Of a stretch of 64,000 nucleotides of DNA, positions 43,801 to 55,700 are shown one piece after another. The DNA comes from Phoronis australis (lineage: Eukaryota; Animalia; Phoronida), in contig NMRA01000241.1 of NCBI GenBank assembly GCA_002633005.1, positions 481,974 to 545,973 of the forward strand, read 5' to 3'. Below the pieces are notes generated by a model. The model had not been told where the DNA came from. It did no database searches and was given only the letters and a program-made list of their open reading frames with translations. Numbering within the stretch: the first letter of the stretch is position 1; the number at the start of each line of letters is the position of its first letter. The position numbers and the translations under genes are program-made.

Positions 43801-46800
43801 CAGTTGCTGAAACTTCATGGTTTTCAAGGAATTCAAGGCATTTTATTGAAAGTAATGTCAACTCAAGTAAAGGACAAGAACCAACGGTGCTTAAGAGGTA
43901 GTGTACACCCGTGAAATAAGTCATTTTTTAAACCATAATACGATTTATAGCAGTTTTTAGTAACTTACAACATAATGTTTTTTCAATTACAAAAATAATC
44001 TTGTACCGTAGGCTTTAAGTACTGAGCACTTAACTCTTTTATTTGCGTTCCTGCACCTGCATCTACACCTGCATCTACATCCTCATCTGCATCTGCATCT
44101 ACATCTGAATCTACAACTACACCTGCATCTGCATCTACACTTACATCTGCATCTACATCTGCATCTACATTTGTCACTATATTACTGGCACTACATTAAT
44201 TCTCTACTTACTAAGCACACTCACGTTATTTCACACAGCCAAAGTTATTTGTTAAAATAATATTGTGTCCCTCTATTATTACGCATGTAGTGTAATTTGT
44301 AGTGTATTACAAATAATAACTAAAAAAAGAGTATATTTCTACTTAACTAAAAACACGTGATTCCCCCGGAAGCCCCGCTACCAGAGACTTCTAGTGGTGA
44401 TCTCACAAACTAGTGAGCAGGGTATACCATACTCCTCCCTCCAACATGAGACTAACAAACCACTTAAATGTCCTTAAAATAAAGTTCTGTCACCATTAAC
44501 ACAAAAGTTCCAAGGAGAACTACAAATACACTTCAACTATTGTTCAGCTAAGTCACAAATCACAAATCCAATCTGTCAGGTGCCTTAGTAACACAAGTGG
44601 ACCTGCGCAATGACACCGGTTCAGGTGACGCAGGTGCAGAGTCCGGAAATCCCGAGTCCGAATGCGTGTTAGAAACATTGACTGGTTCAGTTGGTGAATC
44701 ACTAGCCACAATCGGTGCCTGGTCCGCAAATATCTGCTCTGAATTAAGTTCAACGCGTTCAGCCATAGAAGAATTGTCCACAATAAGGTGATCAGCATGT
44801 ACGAAACGATTCTATACACTCGCACTACACATGTCAATGGTCCAGTAACCTTGGTGACAACACTTGGAATCCATTTCTCCTTCCCACCGCGAGTTTTCCA
44901 AACGTGCACATGTTGATAAAGATTGTACTGTCGCAGTTTAGGTGTTTGACCATCATGAGTGGATTTCTGGCAACTCTGCTTCCTTTCCACAGATTCCTGT
45001 AAGTTCGGTTTCAGCAGGGTGAGCTTAGTGCGCGGAGCACGTTTCAGAAATAGTTCGGCTGGAGTTTTGTCAATGACAGAATGTGGCGTGTTGCAATATG
45101 AGAACAGCAAGTTCGATAAGCGATGCAACAATGGCAACCGTGTATCAGATTTGTCCAACATGTCTTTGAAAATGTGCACATAACGTTCCGCCTGTCCATT
45201 ACTAGCAGGATGATAAATGGGACTGAACGTGAGCTTGACACCATTCAAGCGTAGAAATGTCTCAAATTCTGCGGATCGAAACTGTGGGCCATTATCTGAC
45301 ACAAGCTCATAGGGCAAGCCGTAAGACGCGAACAGCTGACGTAATTTCACAATGGTGTGAGTTGAAGTCGTTCCCAACATGGCAAACACCTCCAACCACT
45401 TGGAGTGGCTATCCACAACAATAACATAATCCTTACCATCCTTTTCAGCATAATCGATGTGTACTCTCTGTTAGGGCCTGGTTTCCCATGGCCACGGAAT
45501 CAATGGCGAAGGTTTTGGCATGTTACGAAATCCAGCACAATAATCACACAAATGCACTAAAACCTCAATGTCCTTATCCAGGCCAGGCCACCAAAAGTAA
45601 CCCCTGGCAATCGATTTCATCCGCACCATACCCGTATGCAAATCCGACAAAAGTTTAGCTTGAAACTTGGCTGGTATAATAACTCGATGGCCACACAAAA
45701 GGCATCCATCTTCAAGTGACAATTCATCTCTGCGCACAAAATACGGTTGCAGTTCAATACTATCGACATGATCAGGCCAGCCATGCGACACAAAATCATA
45801 TACCCTAGAAAGAATTGGGTCCTTACGGGTAGAATCACGGATCTCAGATGCCGTTACCAGAATAGAGTCCTCAGTAACAAAGTGAATCGAGTAAGTCTCC
45901 ACTTTAGACGCAGTATCTGGCTGATCCACGGGAAGACGACTCAATGCATCAGCATTGGCATTCAGATGTAATCGCATGTGCACTATCTCAAAATGGTAAC
46001 CGGATAACACCAGTGCCCAGCGCTGTAAACGAGCAGCTCCGATCGTTGGAATTCCGGCTTTAGGCCCAAAAATGCGAGTAAGCGACTCGTGGTCAGTCAC
46101 AAGAGTGAAAATATGACCAAATAAGTACATGTGAAAACGCTTCACACCAAAAGTCAGAGCTAGTCCCACTTTCTCGACTTAAGCATAGTTCTTCTCTGCA
46201 GAACTTAGTGTTCGCGAAGCGAATGCAATCGGTTTATCCGAACCATTAGGCATCTTGTGGTTTAAAACCACTCCCATGCCACAGGAACTAGCATCACAGC
46301 TTAGAACAAGCGGTCTTCTGGGATCGTAGTGCACTAACACATAATCACTTAACAGCTGACGCTTACATTCAACAAAAGACTTCTCGCAGGTATCACTCCA
46401 ATGCCATTCGACATCCCCATGCAGCAGTGCATACAAAGGGTGTAACAGAGTAGACAAATTACGAATGAACTTGCCATAATAGTTCACCATTCCGAGAAAC
46501 GATTTTAGTTCATCCACATTTTTAGGTCGAGGAACCTGTGAGATCAGCTAAGGGTCACACGCCATCCACCGACAAGGAGTGTCTGAGAAACTGGATCTCC
46601 GACATAGCAAATTTACACTTTGATCTGTTCAGCTTTTCGTTATATTTGCCGAGACGTGCAAACACCAGTTCGAGAGTGCAAAGGTGTTGCTCTAGGGAAT
46701 AGCCCATCACCAAAATGTCGTCGATGAAACATATAACGTTATCGATACCGCACAAAATTTTTATCAATTGTAGCCTGGAAAATGGATGGTGCCGTCTTTA

Positions 46801-49800
46801 CTCCAAATGTTAGACGGCGTGGTCGCAACACATACTTGTAAGTGTTCAAGGTGAGTAAGTTGGAAGAATGGTCATCTAATCGCAACTGATTAAATGCACC
46901 CACCAAATCAAGCAAAGAGAACACACACGGCGTAGAATCATCAACTTGGCAAACAAGTCTGTCTTGAGTATTAGGTAACGGATATTTGTCATCCTCTAAC
47001 TGAGTGTTCAATAATTTGTAGTCGCCACAGACGCGAATAGTGGGACCGGAGGACTTCACTTTCCCGACGTTCACAGTGGGCGACGCCCAGTTACTATGTT
47101 CCACACGCTCCACAACACAACTTTGTTCCATGCGACTGAGCTCAGCCTCCACCGACTCCTGAATTGAATATGGAACGGGACAAGCTTTTTGAAACGTGGC
47201 TTTTGCATTAGGTTTAAGCCTGATAGACGCAGTGAAGTCTCTGATTTCCTCGCCATTATCAATATACAGGTTTTTGTACTTTGCAATAAGGAGATCAATA
47301 TTTTGCAGTTCACAAGATAACTTGAAGAGAGAATTCCAGTTAACTCCCAATTCTCGTTTCCAATTCCTACCACAAAGCGAAGGACGGTTTCCCTTAACCA
47401 CAACGAGAGGCAATTTTCTCGAGGGCTGGGTACTTGGTCATACCCGAAAAGAGTAATATTTGGAGGCTCCAGATGAAACTGCGAAAAACTCGTCTTTACC
47501 GATGGTGGTACGTGCAGCGCCAGAGTCTACTTCCATAGAAATGTCATGGCCAGCAACATTTACAGCTACATAAACTGGAGGCTCTTCACCAGCACCACAG
47601 TAATACAAATGCAAATTATCAGGGTCACCAAGCCTCACGTTATTGATAGTTTTAACATGCTGCGACTTACACATAGGTTTAATATGTCCAACTTCCCCAC
47701 ATTTATAACATGTAGCACCTTTATGTCAACAAGTATGTTCGTTGTCTTTACCTCCACAGCAAAAACATGAACCACTAGGCTTACTAACGCCAGATGGGGT
47801 AGGAGTCACTTTGTAGCAGCTGGCACCACGGCCGTCGGACTTAGCGAAGACTCTGTGAACAGATGCAGGGCCACTCACCGCGGCAGAAGCCCCGCTTGAA
47901 ACTCGTGTGCATCTTTAACAGGACACTCCGCCATACGGGCCATTTGCACAGCTTGATCCAGAGTCAGTTTGTCAACTTTCAACAGTTTAGTTAATGTCCC
48001 TTCATCCCGAAGGCCAAACACAAACTGGTCACGAAGCGCCACGTTGAGATTATCCCCATAGCCACAAAGCAATGAAAACCGCCGCAGATCGATAATGAAG
48101 TCAGTGACACTCTCATGCTCCTTCTGAACCCACCTGGTAAAACGAAAACGTTCCGAGATTTCCTAAGGCTTAGGTTCATAATGTTTCTCTAACAACTTCA
48201 CTATCTGCGAGTATGTTTTGTCCCTGGGAAGATCCGGCGTCGTCAGACTGCGTAACATACCATAGGCCTCCTACCCCATGAACGTACATGTAAGGATCGC
48301 AGAGACCCGCTTATCGCCTGCAATTTCATTTAACGCAAAATACTGCTCGGCTTGCTCCACATACATACTCCAGAGTTCAGCCGAAGCATCAAACATTTGC
48401 ATATGGGCCATCCTCGTCGCCAATTTGTAGTGTATTACAAATAATAACTAAGAAAAGAGTATATTTCTACTTAACTAAAAACAAGCGATTCCCCCGAAGC
48501 CCCGCTACCAGAGACTTCTCGTGGTGATCTCACAAACTAGTGAGCAGGGTATACCTCAACGCACGAGGCTGACTTGGCAGGAATTTCAATCCTCACCTAA
48601 TTCGCACACAGTCAGTTCTAAAATTCAGAAAATACCAAAACAAAGCCCTGTCAATAATTACAGTAATAGGCACCTCCTTAAAGTGTACACAACATGACTC
48701 TAGTACCTCAAAATAAATTTTATTATTATATCTTACTTGATTTCAGTGCCTTTAGTGCACAGCTCATAAAGAAACACGCAAAAATTGAAAAAATAATAAT
48801 TATGTACAACGTCATGGGTTGAACCCAAGTCGTTCGCCATACTGTTCGGATCAGAGACAAAGTGTATAGAGTGAAGAGAAAGCAAAGTACATTTAGCGTC
48901 GAGAAGGTTCGTAGAGGGATCAAAAGATGTGTTTCCGGAGGGTGCAGCAACAGCAGCCAGGCGGAGAACGTCTCTGTGTTCCGAAGGACACCAAAGTTGC
49001 ACAGAAGTGGCATCGCTTCGTGCGCCGAACGAGAGTGTGGGGCGTCATCGTGGACCAAGCGATTCGGTCTGGGGTCACTCTGTGTTCTGCCCACTTTGAG
49101 GACTCGTGTTTTGACTCCAGTCACAGGAGACGTTACGAATGAAGGCCTGGTTCAATAAAGGACAATATTTATCATTCAGAAACATCAGCTCTTAATTCAA
49201 GATCGTCTGTTGGATGACTGGGTTGACTCGCTGAGCCCGAGGCCGCTTCTCTCGCGGGAGGATCCAGTTCGTAAGGCTCAAAGTAGAAAAGTACGCAGCC
49301 GGAAGCACATTAAACTTGTTCTCGCTTTCATGCAACCCCATATCCTTATCCTGGCCACCATTCCCATACGTTTTTTCATAGTATTCATTCAATTCTTGCT
49401 CATAATCGTCGTCGCTTTCAAATTCCCTGCTCTTCGCCATTGTTCAATGCTAGTCACTGATCTCTTGTGTTCAACCCATGACGTCACATGGCGGGAAATG
49501 TGAAAATTTGCAAAATTGAAAGAAAAATCAAAATTTCGAGCTAATTACACAAAATAAACATGGGTTTAGCTAAATTTTACGTCATACATTTAGTCTGTGC
49601 CCACTGGTAATTCAAAATGTGCAAAAATCCATGGTGTGTACTGTTTAACTGTGTTAATAAGGTTTGAACACAACAAAGTCATCACTTTAAAATTCATCCA
49701 TTTACATGGGACATCTCACGCTGTTCTAAACAAGAGGCATGTGACCTGGATGAATGTCATGTCACCTTAAAGAGTCATGCTCAAAAGTTTTTCACCAAAG

Positions 49801-50487
49801 ATGAGGCACAGTACTCTTATATTGGAACAGCCTTAAGGAAATAAATTACTATTAATTGGATCTTGTTTTCAACTGCTAAGCCTCATCGTGTTCAATTCAC
49901 ATGAGTAGTTGGCGATGCTTTGTTATTCAGTTAATTTCACAAACCAGTCAGCTACAAAGTCACATGAGTAGATGGCGATGCTTTGCTACAAAGTCACATG
50001 AGTAGATGGCGATGCTTTGCTACAAAGTCACATGAGTAGATGGCGATGCTTTGCTACACAGTCACATGAGTAGATGGCGATGCTTTGCTACAAAGTCACA
50101 TGAGTAGATGGCGATGCTTTGCTACAAAGTCACATGAGTAGATGGCGATGCTTTGCTACAAAGTCTATTTAGTTTATTTGGCACATCCGACTATCAGAAA
50201 AACAAACTTAACTTATTTTGTGCGCAATAAGCCAAGAATTACCATACAACATACATACAACATACATACTCCAGCTAAAAACACAGTTTCAGTGAGCAAT
50301 CAAACTTGAATGTAGTTTTACCCAATCAATTGAAATCTACCTAAACAAACCCAATTCCAAACTTGAACACATCCAATGGCCATGTACTTACTCCATCAGT
50401 TTTGCTGGTGACTTCTGAATAGATCTTGGCAAGATGGTTCATAACTTCCATGCATGCTATCTCCATCTTCATTTTTTTCCGTAACAT
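34663..50487 (-). CDS. NSUN6: NSUN6 RNA (tRNA C72) m5C methyltransferase, spliced, about 459 aa
   Basis: Exons (minus): 50487-50392, 43034-42894, 42398-42294, 42053-41960, 39471-39315, 38399-38239, 37521-37342, 36579-36422, 35577-35452, 34824-34663; phases consistent, total 1380 nt. PUA domain (AVMRGADVFAQG), QNLPS, motif I DMCAAPGGKT, motif IV FDRILLDTPCS, motif VI LVYSTCT, C-terminal LQRFDP…GFFIAKF. Start codon choice (50487 vs 50472) uncertain. Confidence 0.92.
35452..35577 (-). CDS. NSUN6: NSUN6 exon (KPGGILVYSTCTLTLAENE)
   Basis: motif VI with catalytic Cys. Confidence 0.92.
35840..36110 (-). mobile_element. possible LINE 3'-end fragment
   Basis: ORF remnant SSRHNH…FSYTIRLWN resembling the C-terminus of CR1/L2-type ORF2. 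Confidence 0.35.
36287..36479 (-). repeat. 66-bp x3 repeat of NSUN6 exon end and donor
   Basis: MTMNELVSYPKYQRRLFSQ|gttagtgt repeated in frame. Confidence 0.9.
36422..36579 (-). CDS. NSUN6: NSUN6 exon (SFDRILLDTPCSALGQRP)
   Basis: motif IV. Confidence 0.9.
37036..37345 (-). repeat. 27-bp minisatellite abutting NSUN6 donor
   Basis: GACACTGTATTTGTGGACATGTCAGAT. Confidence 0.9.
37342..37521 (-). CDS. NSUN6: NSUN6 exon (GGKTNHIATLM…VIALDK)
   Basis: conserved motif. Confidence 0.9.
38239..38399 (-). CDS. NSUN6: NSUN6 exon (QNLPSIVCSHVLNPQPGETILDMCAAP), GC donor
   Basis: conserved motif; ends CCAG|GCAAGT. Confidence 0.9.
38909..39338 (-). repeat. 28-bp tandem repeat of NSUN6 exon end and donor
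   Basis: ATCACAGTACACACCTGACCACAGGCCC, about 15 copies. Confidence 0.92.
39315..39471 (-). CDS. NSUN6: NSUN6 exon PUA (GDPVSVYADIDGTCKKG…FVGNG)
   Basis: conserved motif. Confidence 0.9.
40030..40645 (+). mobile_element. interspersed repeat, Helentron-like family
   Basis: homologous to 56350-56930 (AATTCAAAGTCAAATAACTCGAAAACGGTAAGTCTGAGAAAA, GCCGCCATCTTG subrepeats). Confidence 0.6.
41960..42053 (-). CDS. NSUN6: NSUN6 exon PUA (EVIVDLVCGMAVMRGADVFAQG)
   Basis: conserved motif. Confidence 0.9.
42294..42398 (-). CDS. NSUN6: NSUN6 exon (HLSLPDVVFMKNSGP)
   Basis: phase 0-0, GT-AG. Confidence 0.82.
42894..43034 (-). CDS. NSUN6: NSUN6 exon (LATPPSYTVLRVN)
   Basis: conserved N-terminal motif. 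Confidence 0.88.
44051..44170. repeat. hexamer microsatellite (RCATCT)n
   Basis: gcatct/acatct/acacct units. Confidence 0.8.
44298..44431 (-). repeat. 3' LTR
   Basis: direct repeat of 48426-48558, about 6 substitutions and 1 indel by eye. Confidence 0.92.
48426..48558 (-). repeat. 5' LTR
   Basis: TG…CA termini, followed on minus by PBS TGGCGACGAGGATGG. Confidence 0.92.
48682..49644 (+). mobile_element. non-autonomous THAP-bearing DNA transposon, Kolobok-like
   Basis: TTAA at both flanks (48678-48681, 49645-49648), imperfect TIR AGTGTACACAACATG / CATGGTGTGTACTGT, frameshifted THAP (KRCVSGGCSN…PKD…KW…LCSAHF, about 48920-49115) and convergent acidic ORF start 49440-49192. Confidence 0.65.
49897..50165. 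repeat. 34-bp minisatellite
   Basis: GCTACAAAGTCACATGAGTAGATGGCGATGCTTT. Confidence 0.9.
50392..50487 (-). CDS. NSUN6: NSUN6 first coding exon (MLRKKMKMEIACMEVMNHLAKIYSEVTSKTDG)
   Basis: open frame ending GGA|gtaagt, phase 0 fit. Confidence 0.65.
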
Positions 50488-50766
50488 ACAAATTGTTTAT
50501 TGCCTACATCACAACAAAATCTGAAATATAAGATTTCAAAATGAAAAAGTGTATCCTGCTGTCAGGTTTCGTGTCACTTTCCCACATAAGTATTATGGGA
50601 TAGAATGAAGACTTCTGGGATAGGTAACCAGGGAGCTTCACAAAAAAATTGGTCCACAACCTTCTAGGGCACAAGTCAAACTTACAGCTTTTACTCTCAC
50701 ACCACAGGATTTCAATGCAAAATAATGGTGTTAGAAAGCGGAATGAAGTCACTTTTGCTAAAACAC

Positions 50767-51160
50767 AACAATATAGTATAATGTATAGCTAGAATATAAC
50801 AATATAGTATAATGTATAGCTAGAATACAACAACGTAGTATAATGTATAGCTAGAATACAACAATATAATATAGTATAATGTATAGCTAGAATATAACAA
50901 TATAGTATAATGTATAGCTAGAATATAACAATATTGTATAATGTATAGCTAGAATACAACAACGTAGTATAATGTATAGCTAGAATACAACAATATAATA
51001 TAGTATAATGTATAGCTAGAATATAACAATATAGTATAATGTATAGCTAGAATACAACAACATAGTATAATGTATAGCTAGAATACAACAATATAGTATA
51101 ATGTGTAGCTAGAATACAACAACATAGTATAATGTGTAGCTAGAATACAACAATATAATA
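50767..51160. repeat. about 31-bp AT-rich minisatellite
   Basis: ACAATATAGTATAATGTATAGCTAGAATATA. Confidence 0.9.
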
Positions 51161-52589
51161 TAAAGTACACTAGTAAGCAAAGGAAGTAAAACGTTTAGGA
51201 AGAACAAATGTAAACAAGCATAATCAGAACCCTAGTGATTGCCAACATGAAGCAAAAGACATGACACATCAGCTACAGTTCAGGCGCTCAGTCTCCTCAT
51301 GTATTTAAATTGTGTCAGGTCACTGCAACATCTAACAGGGCCATCCCGAATTACACAGCGACACTCGAATCTTGCTGCAATTACCCACAATGCCGTAAAC
51401 AACCATCAGGCACACTTGGTGACTCCTTTTTTGTGCCACTGGAGATCCACATGTTATTTGTTGTTGTCTGATTCTTTATAAGCTTTCCTCAGTTGCATTC
51501 CTCTATTTGTCCTTCCAATGACAATGAAGTATTACTGCGGTACAGTGGGCTGCAACTCCGAAAAGAGAAACTTTGATAAACAGAAAAAATACCCATAAAT
51601 GGCTGATAGGAAATTTTTTGCCTTCGCAACATCAATGAGAGACATGTGCCTGATTTTCAAAACAAGGTTACACTCATTCTAATCTCCTGAAAAAAGGAGA
51701 ATTCTATCGCCGTGTAATTAGGGACGGGCTTCTTGATTCAGACAATTTGTTCCACAGAGACTCCTCGATTATGTATGGATTTTAAGCCATAAGTAGATGA
51801 AGTAATTCCCCAGACAGGCAAGACATTCTGTTCCCTGGAGTATAGGATGTCTTTGACGCAATCTTGAGGACATGGTCCTACATGGTAGATGTGTTTAAAA
51901 ACTTTAAAGCAAGAGACATCACTCGATGAGTTTCTTACGGTACAGAGTTAGCCCTAGCCTTGGCGCAAAGCTGTATACAAAATGCACGATAGTCTTCATA
52001 CAGCTAGCTGGCTGCAACAGACATTGCATGGCTAAGTTTGCCCTTGATAGCATAGCTGATTACGAGGACTGATAATCATTAAACACAAACCTGATTGGAT
52101 GAATTGTTGAATTAAACAGAAATAACTGTAGTGTAGCCAGCCAGCTAGCTGTGTAAAGAAATGACTGCAATTTTTTAGAATACAAACTGGACACAATTAA
52201 CAAGAGCAACAACTAGTGAACAACGCATTCTGTTTGGAGCCACTTTCCAGGGTTGCTACATGACTGGCATTGTATAGTGACCTTTTAATACTAGTCAATC
52301 AGTATGCAATAACGGAGCAAACGGCGCGGCTCCTCAGTCCGCTGAGCGTTGTCCTCGCATTTCTCTCACCGTGCGCCCTCTGTTGTTTCAGTTAACTAGG
52401 TTAAAGTTCAACTAAAAGTCTCAAAACTTCAACTTCAATGCTTATCACAGACAAGCTCATATTACAAACATGTTCAACCCTATGCCATGAAAATGTATTA
52501 CAATTTTATAAATTAATTTCAGAATCGCGTACATTACTTCACTGAACCTTTTTCAATTCATATGGACAAACGACACCACATGATCAATT

Positions 52590-52702
52590 TTAACCTATCG
52601 CCGGGCTTGACTCGGCCTCCATCTTTGGTTGTTGCACTTCCTGAATCACACCCGCTTGTCCTGAAAGCTTTGTAAAGTACTTTTGTCAAGGAAACGTGAC
52701 AA
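52590..52702. promoter_or_regulatory. probable bidirectional promoter of NSUN6 and ARPC2
   Basis: ARPC2 ATG at 52702; candidate NSUN6 5' exon ending at a donor at 52594 on minus; ETS-like CACTTCCTG (52635-52643) and YY1-like AAGATGGAGG on minus near 52616-52625. Confidence 0.5.
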
Positions 52703-52775
52703 TGATTCTTCTAGAAATCAACAATAGGATCCTAGAAGAAACGCTCACGCAAAAATTTAAAAATGCCCTCGCTGG
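52702..52775 (+). CDS. ARPC2: ARPC2 exon 1
   Basis: [15 protein letters not shown]. Confidence 0.93.
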
Positions 52776-55700
52776 GTAAGTTCAGAAACTTTCTATTTGC
52801 GGTTGATTTTTAGCACAAAATTTCTATTGGTAGACGGGACACTTCCTGCCCTTCCCACCTGACGGCTGATACCAATGTTACTGTCAGCTCAGCTGGTTAA
52901 TGTTACAGTCAACTTAACTGATTAATGTTACAAGTGGGGGCCTTTAGCTTGGCATTGGTCTAACTCAGCCGTTTAGAAAAATCTACCTGCTGCTATGGCC
53001 CAATGGTATCGATCGGTTGGGCACAAGTCGGATTTTGTTAATGGACCTTAGGCTTAGAGAACCAGGCAATCACTAAATAACGACCCCTTTATTTAGTGGA
53101 TGAAACTGGTTCTATAAATCAGGGTCCATTATATGCGACTAGTGCCGATCTGGTGTGCGTCCAAATCACTAAGTAATCTGCCAATTCTATCGGCTTCGCC
53201 AGTAGTATAGGCAATGCTGGCAAGCGATTTAGAGATGTCTTTTGGCTAACATGACACAATTGATCAAATTTTTCTCTGATTGTACGTCCGTCACAAATGG
53301 CATTGCCCATTTGTTAAATTTATTAGTCATTGTTCAAGATCTGCAACGTACAGCACACATTTGGCACAAATATCTCGAATTTTTGTTGTTGATGTGAGCT
53401 TCCTGTCGAGCTTCTGGATGTAATAATGATGTTTATTGGTCTCATTAAAAAAGATAAAAGGTGAACGAGTCAAAGCAGCAGGTAAAATGTCTGATGTAAG
53501 TTTCCAAAGGGGTTTGAAAACAACTATAAGTTAAACTGCTGGGTCTATGCAATGAATAAGGCAAGATAATTAGCGTTTCAATTTTATACTACTTGGCCCG
53601 GTGTAACCAAGAGAAAAGAAAACTTTCTTTTTCTCGGGTCCAATAACAGCTATCTTATCTGCCTCATTCATTTTTGAAAATAACTTTCCAATATGCTGTG
53701 TAAACTGAAGTCACCCATCCTTTTATTGAACAAGAGCAATGTTGTGTATAAGGTTGAATGTGACAACTGTAAGGAATTCTATATAGGACTCACACAGAGA
53801 CGCCTCTGTGACAGGTTGAAAGAACATCACACCTCAGAGAAAAGTAACATATATAGGCATTGTATTAGCTACAATCACCAAGCCAACTCTGTTAGTATTA
53901 TCTGCAGAGAACCTAATTAGGAGTTACTGTACATTAAAGAGTCATTGGCCATTCAGAACCAGCATGCCACTGATTCTCTGAATAACATGCAGAGCTCAGT
54001 GACCCTGCAGCTATGGTGATGACCAGCTACTGACCATATTCTATGTATCTCTCACTTCACTCTATGCATGTTACCTGAGCTGTCTATTGGCACTTGTTGT
54101 CCTAAATTGTTGTAAATATGATCCTGATGATATCTAATGAAAAGACGAAACGTTGAATTGAACATGAACTTTTTTATTTGTGTGCTGATCGTCCGGTTTT
54201 TTATCTTATTGTGGCCAAAAACTGATTTAATTAACAATGTCCTACTGTATACAAGTTACGAGAATGGTCTCTCCTGAGGTGTGCATTCGTGAATAAATGT
54301 AGTTGTTTGTTTTTGTACTTGTTTATCAATGATAATAATTATTTGCAAAAAGTGCAATAAATCTTTTTCCACAGGGTTGGTTGACTTAGAAAGAAGAGAT
54401 TTGAATTCAGTATGTGCAGTTGATCCTTTTAACGCTTGGCTTGCAAGGCATTTCGTTAATGTAAAATGTTCAAACTTACATCTTTCATGTGCTGTAACTG
54501 TTCATTTTGGTCTTGTTCACAGAAATAAACCAGAGACGACAGACATCACAATTGCTGATTTCGATGGCGTTGTTTACCACATCTTTAGTGTAGATGGAGA
54601 CAAAACGAAGCTGAGAGTCAGCATTTCACTCAAATTCTACAAGGATCTCCAAGAGCATGGAGCAGATGAGGTGAGGAAAATAATCATCTTTTAACATGGT
54701 TCTTTCACTCTATCTAACTCAGCAAGTGAACAGATATGACCTAAGTTTGAAATAAATGCCTTCTAAAATGGTTCTTTCACTCATTTGAAATTCAATCCAA
54801 GAATATATTTAAGATGTGGTTAATCTGATCCTTGAGCGTGTCATCAGTTAAGTCTGATGCTCAGTTGACAGCCATCTTTGTATTGCACTCGCAATGAAAG
54901 GTCAGCTCACACTAGAATGACTCTAATTCTTGTTGGTTTTGTTTACAGCTTATACAGAGAGAATACGGTGATTATCTAACAACGCCTGAGGAAGGTATGT
55001 TGATATGTTTCTAAAAGCCAGGCTGAAGACAAACTAAAAGGCAAAATGTCCTGGGTTTGGCTAAATTTTGTTGTAGGCTTAGGACAAACAAAAGGGCAAA
55101 ATGTCCTGGGTTTGCAGGAATTTGCTTGTAGGCTTTGGGCAAACTAAAGGGCAAAATGTCATGGTTTTGACTAAATTTACTTGTAGGCTTAAGACAAACT
55201 GAAGGGCAGCATATTCTGGGTTTGGATAAGTTTGCTTCTAGGCTTTGAAAGAGGAGCGCAAAGATGCAACTTATTGCAACTTGTTGCAACTTATTCTAAG
55301 GATGTTCTAAACCTATAAAAAGCTTTTAACTTCTTGGATTCTCTTCAAGTTTCAAAGCTTTGAAGCTAAAGTATCATTGCTGGATTGAAATTTAAGCAGT
55401 CCGTCACTGACGATGGTATTTACAGTGGTCTGCAGCCGCTGTCCTTCACTGTCAATATCACTATAGTAATGCACACATTATCCTAGTGTCCACAATGGAT
55501 TTTTTTGTACCGCCATCTTCAGACTCGACTTTTACAATCTTTTCAAGTTTCGTCAATACTCTCGAAACTTGACCCCATTTGAGGTTTGCTTTTGTTTGAA
55601 ATTCTAATCTCTACCATTCTTTGTTATCTGTTGCATTCTCTTTAAGTTGGTAAATCGGTCCACTGCTAGACGGTGGAATGTTGTGAATGTCTTATGATAT

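Larger units (their letters stand above)
44286..48558 (-). mobile_element. Ty3/Gypsy LTR retrotransposon, structurally complete but decayed
   Basis: LTRs 44298-44431 and 48426-48558; 5-bp TSD ACGCA (44281-44285, 48559-48563); PBS 48408-48422; polypurine tract 44432-44441; gag with CCHC knuckle, protease VDSGA, RT FIDDI, RNase H (CDAS, TDH), integrase (SDNGPQF, HPASNGQAER) in Gypsy order; many stops and frameshifts. Confidence 0.95.
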
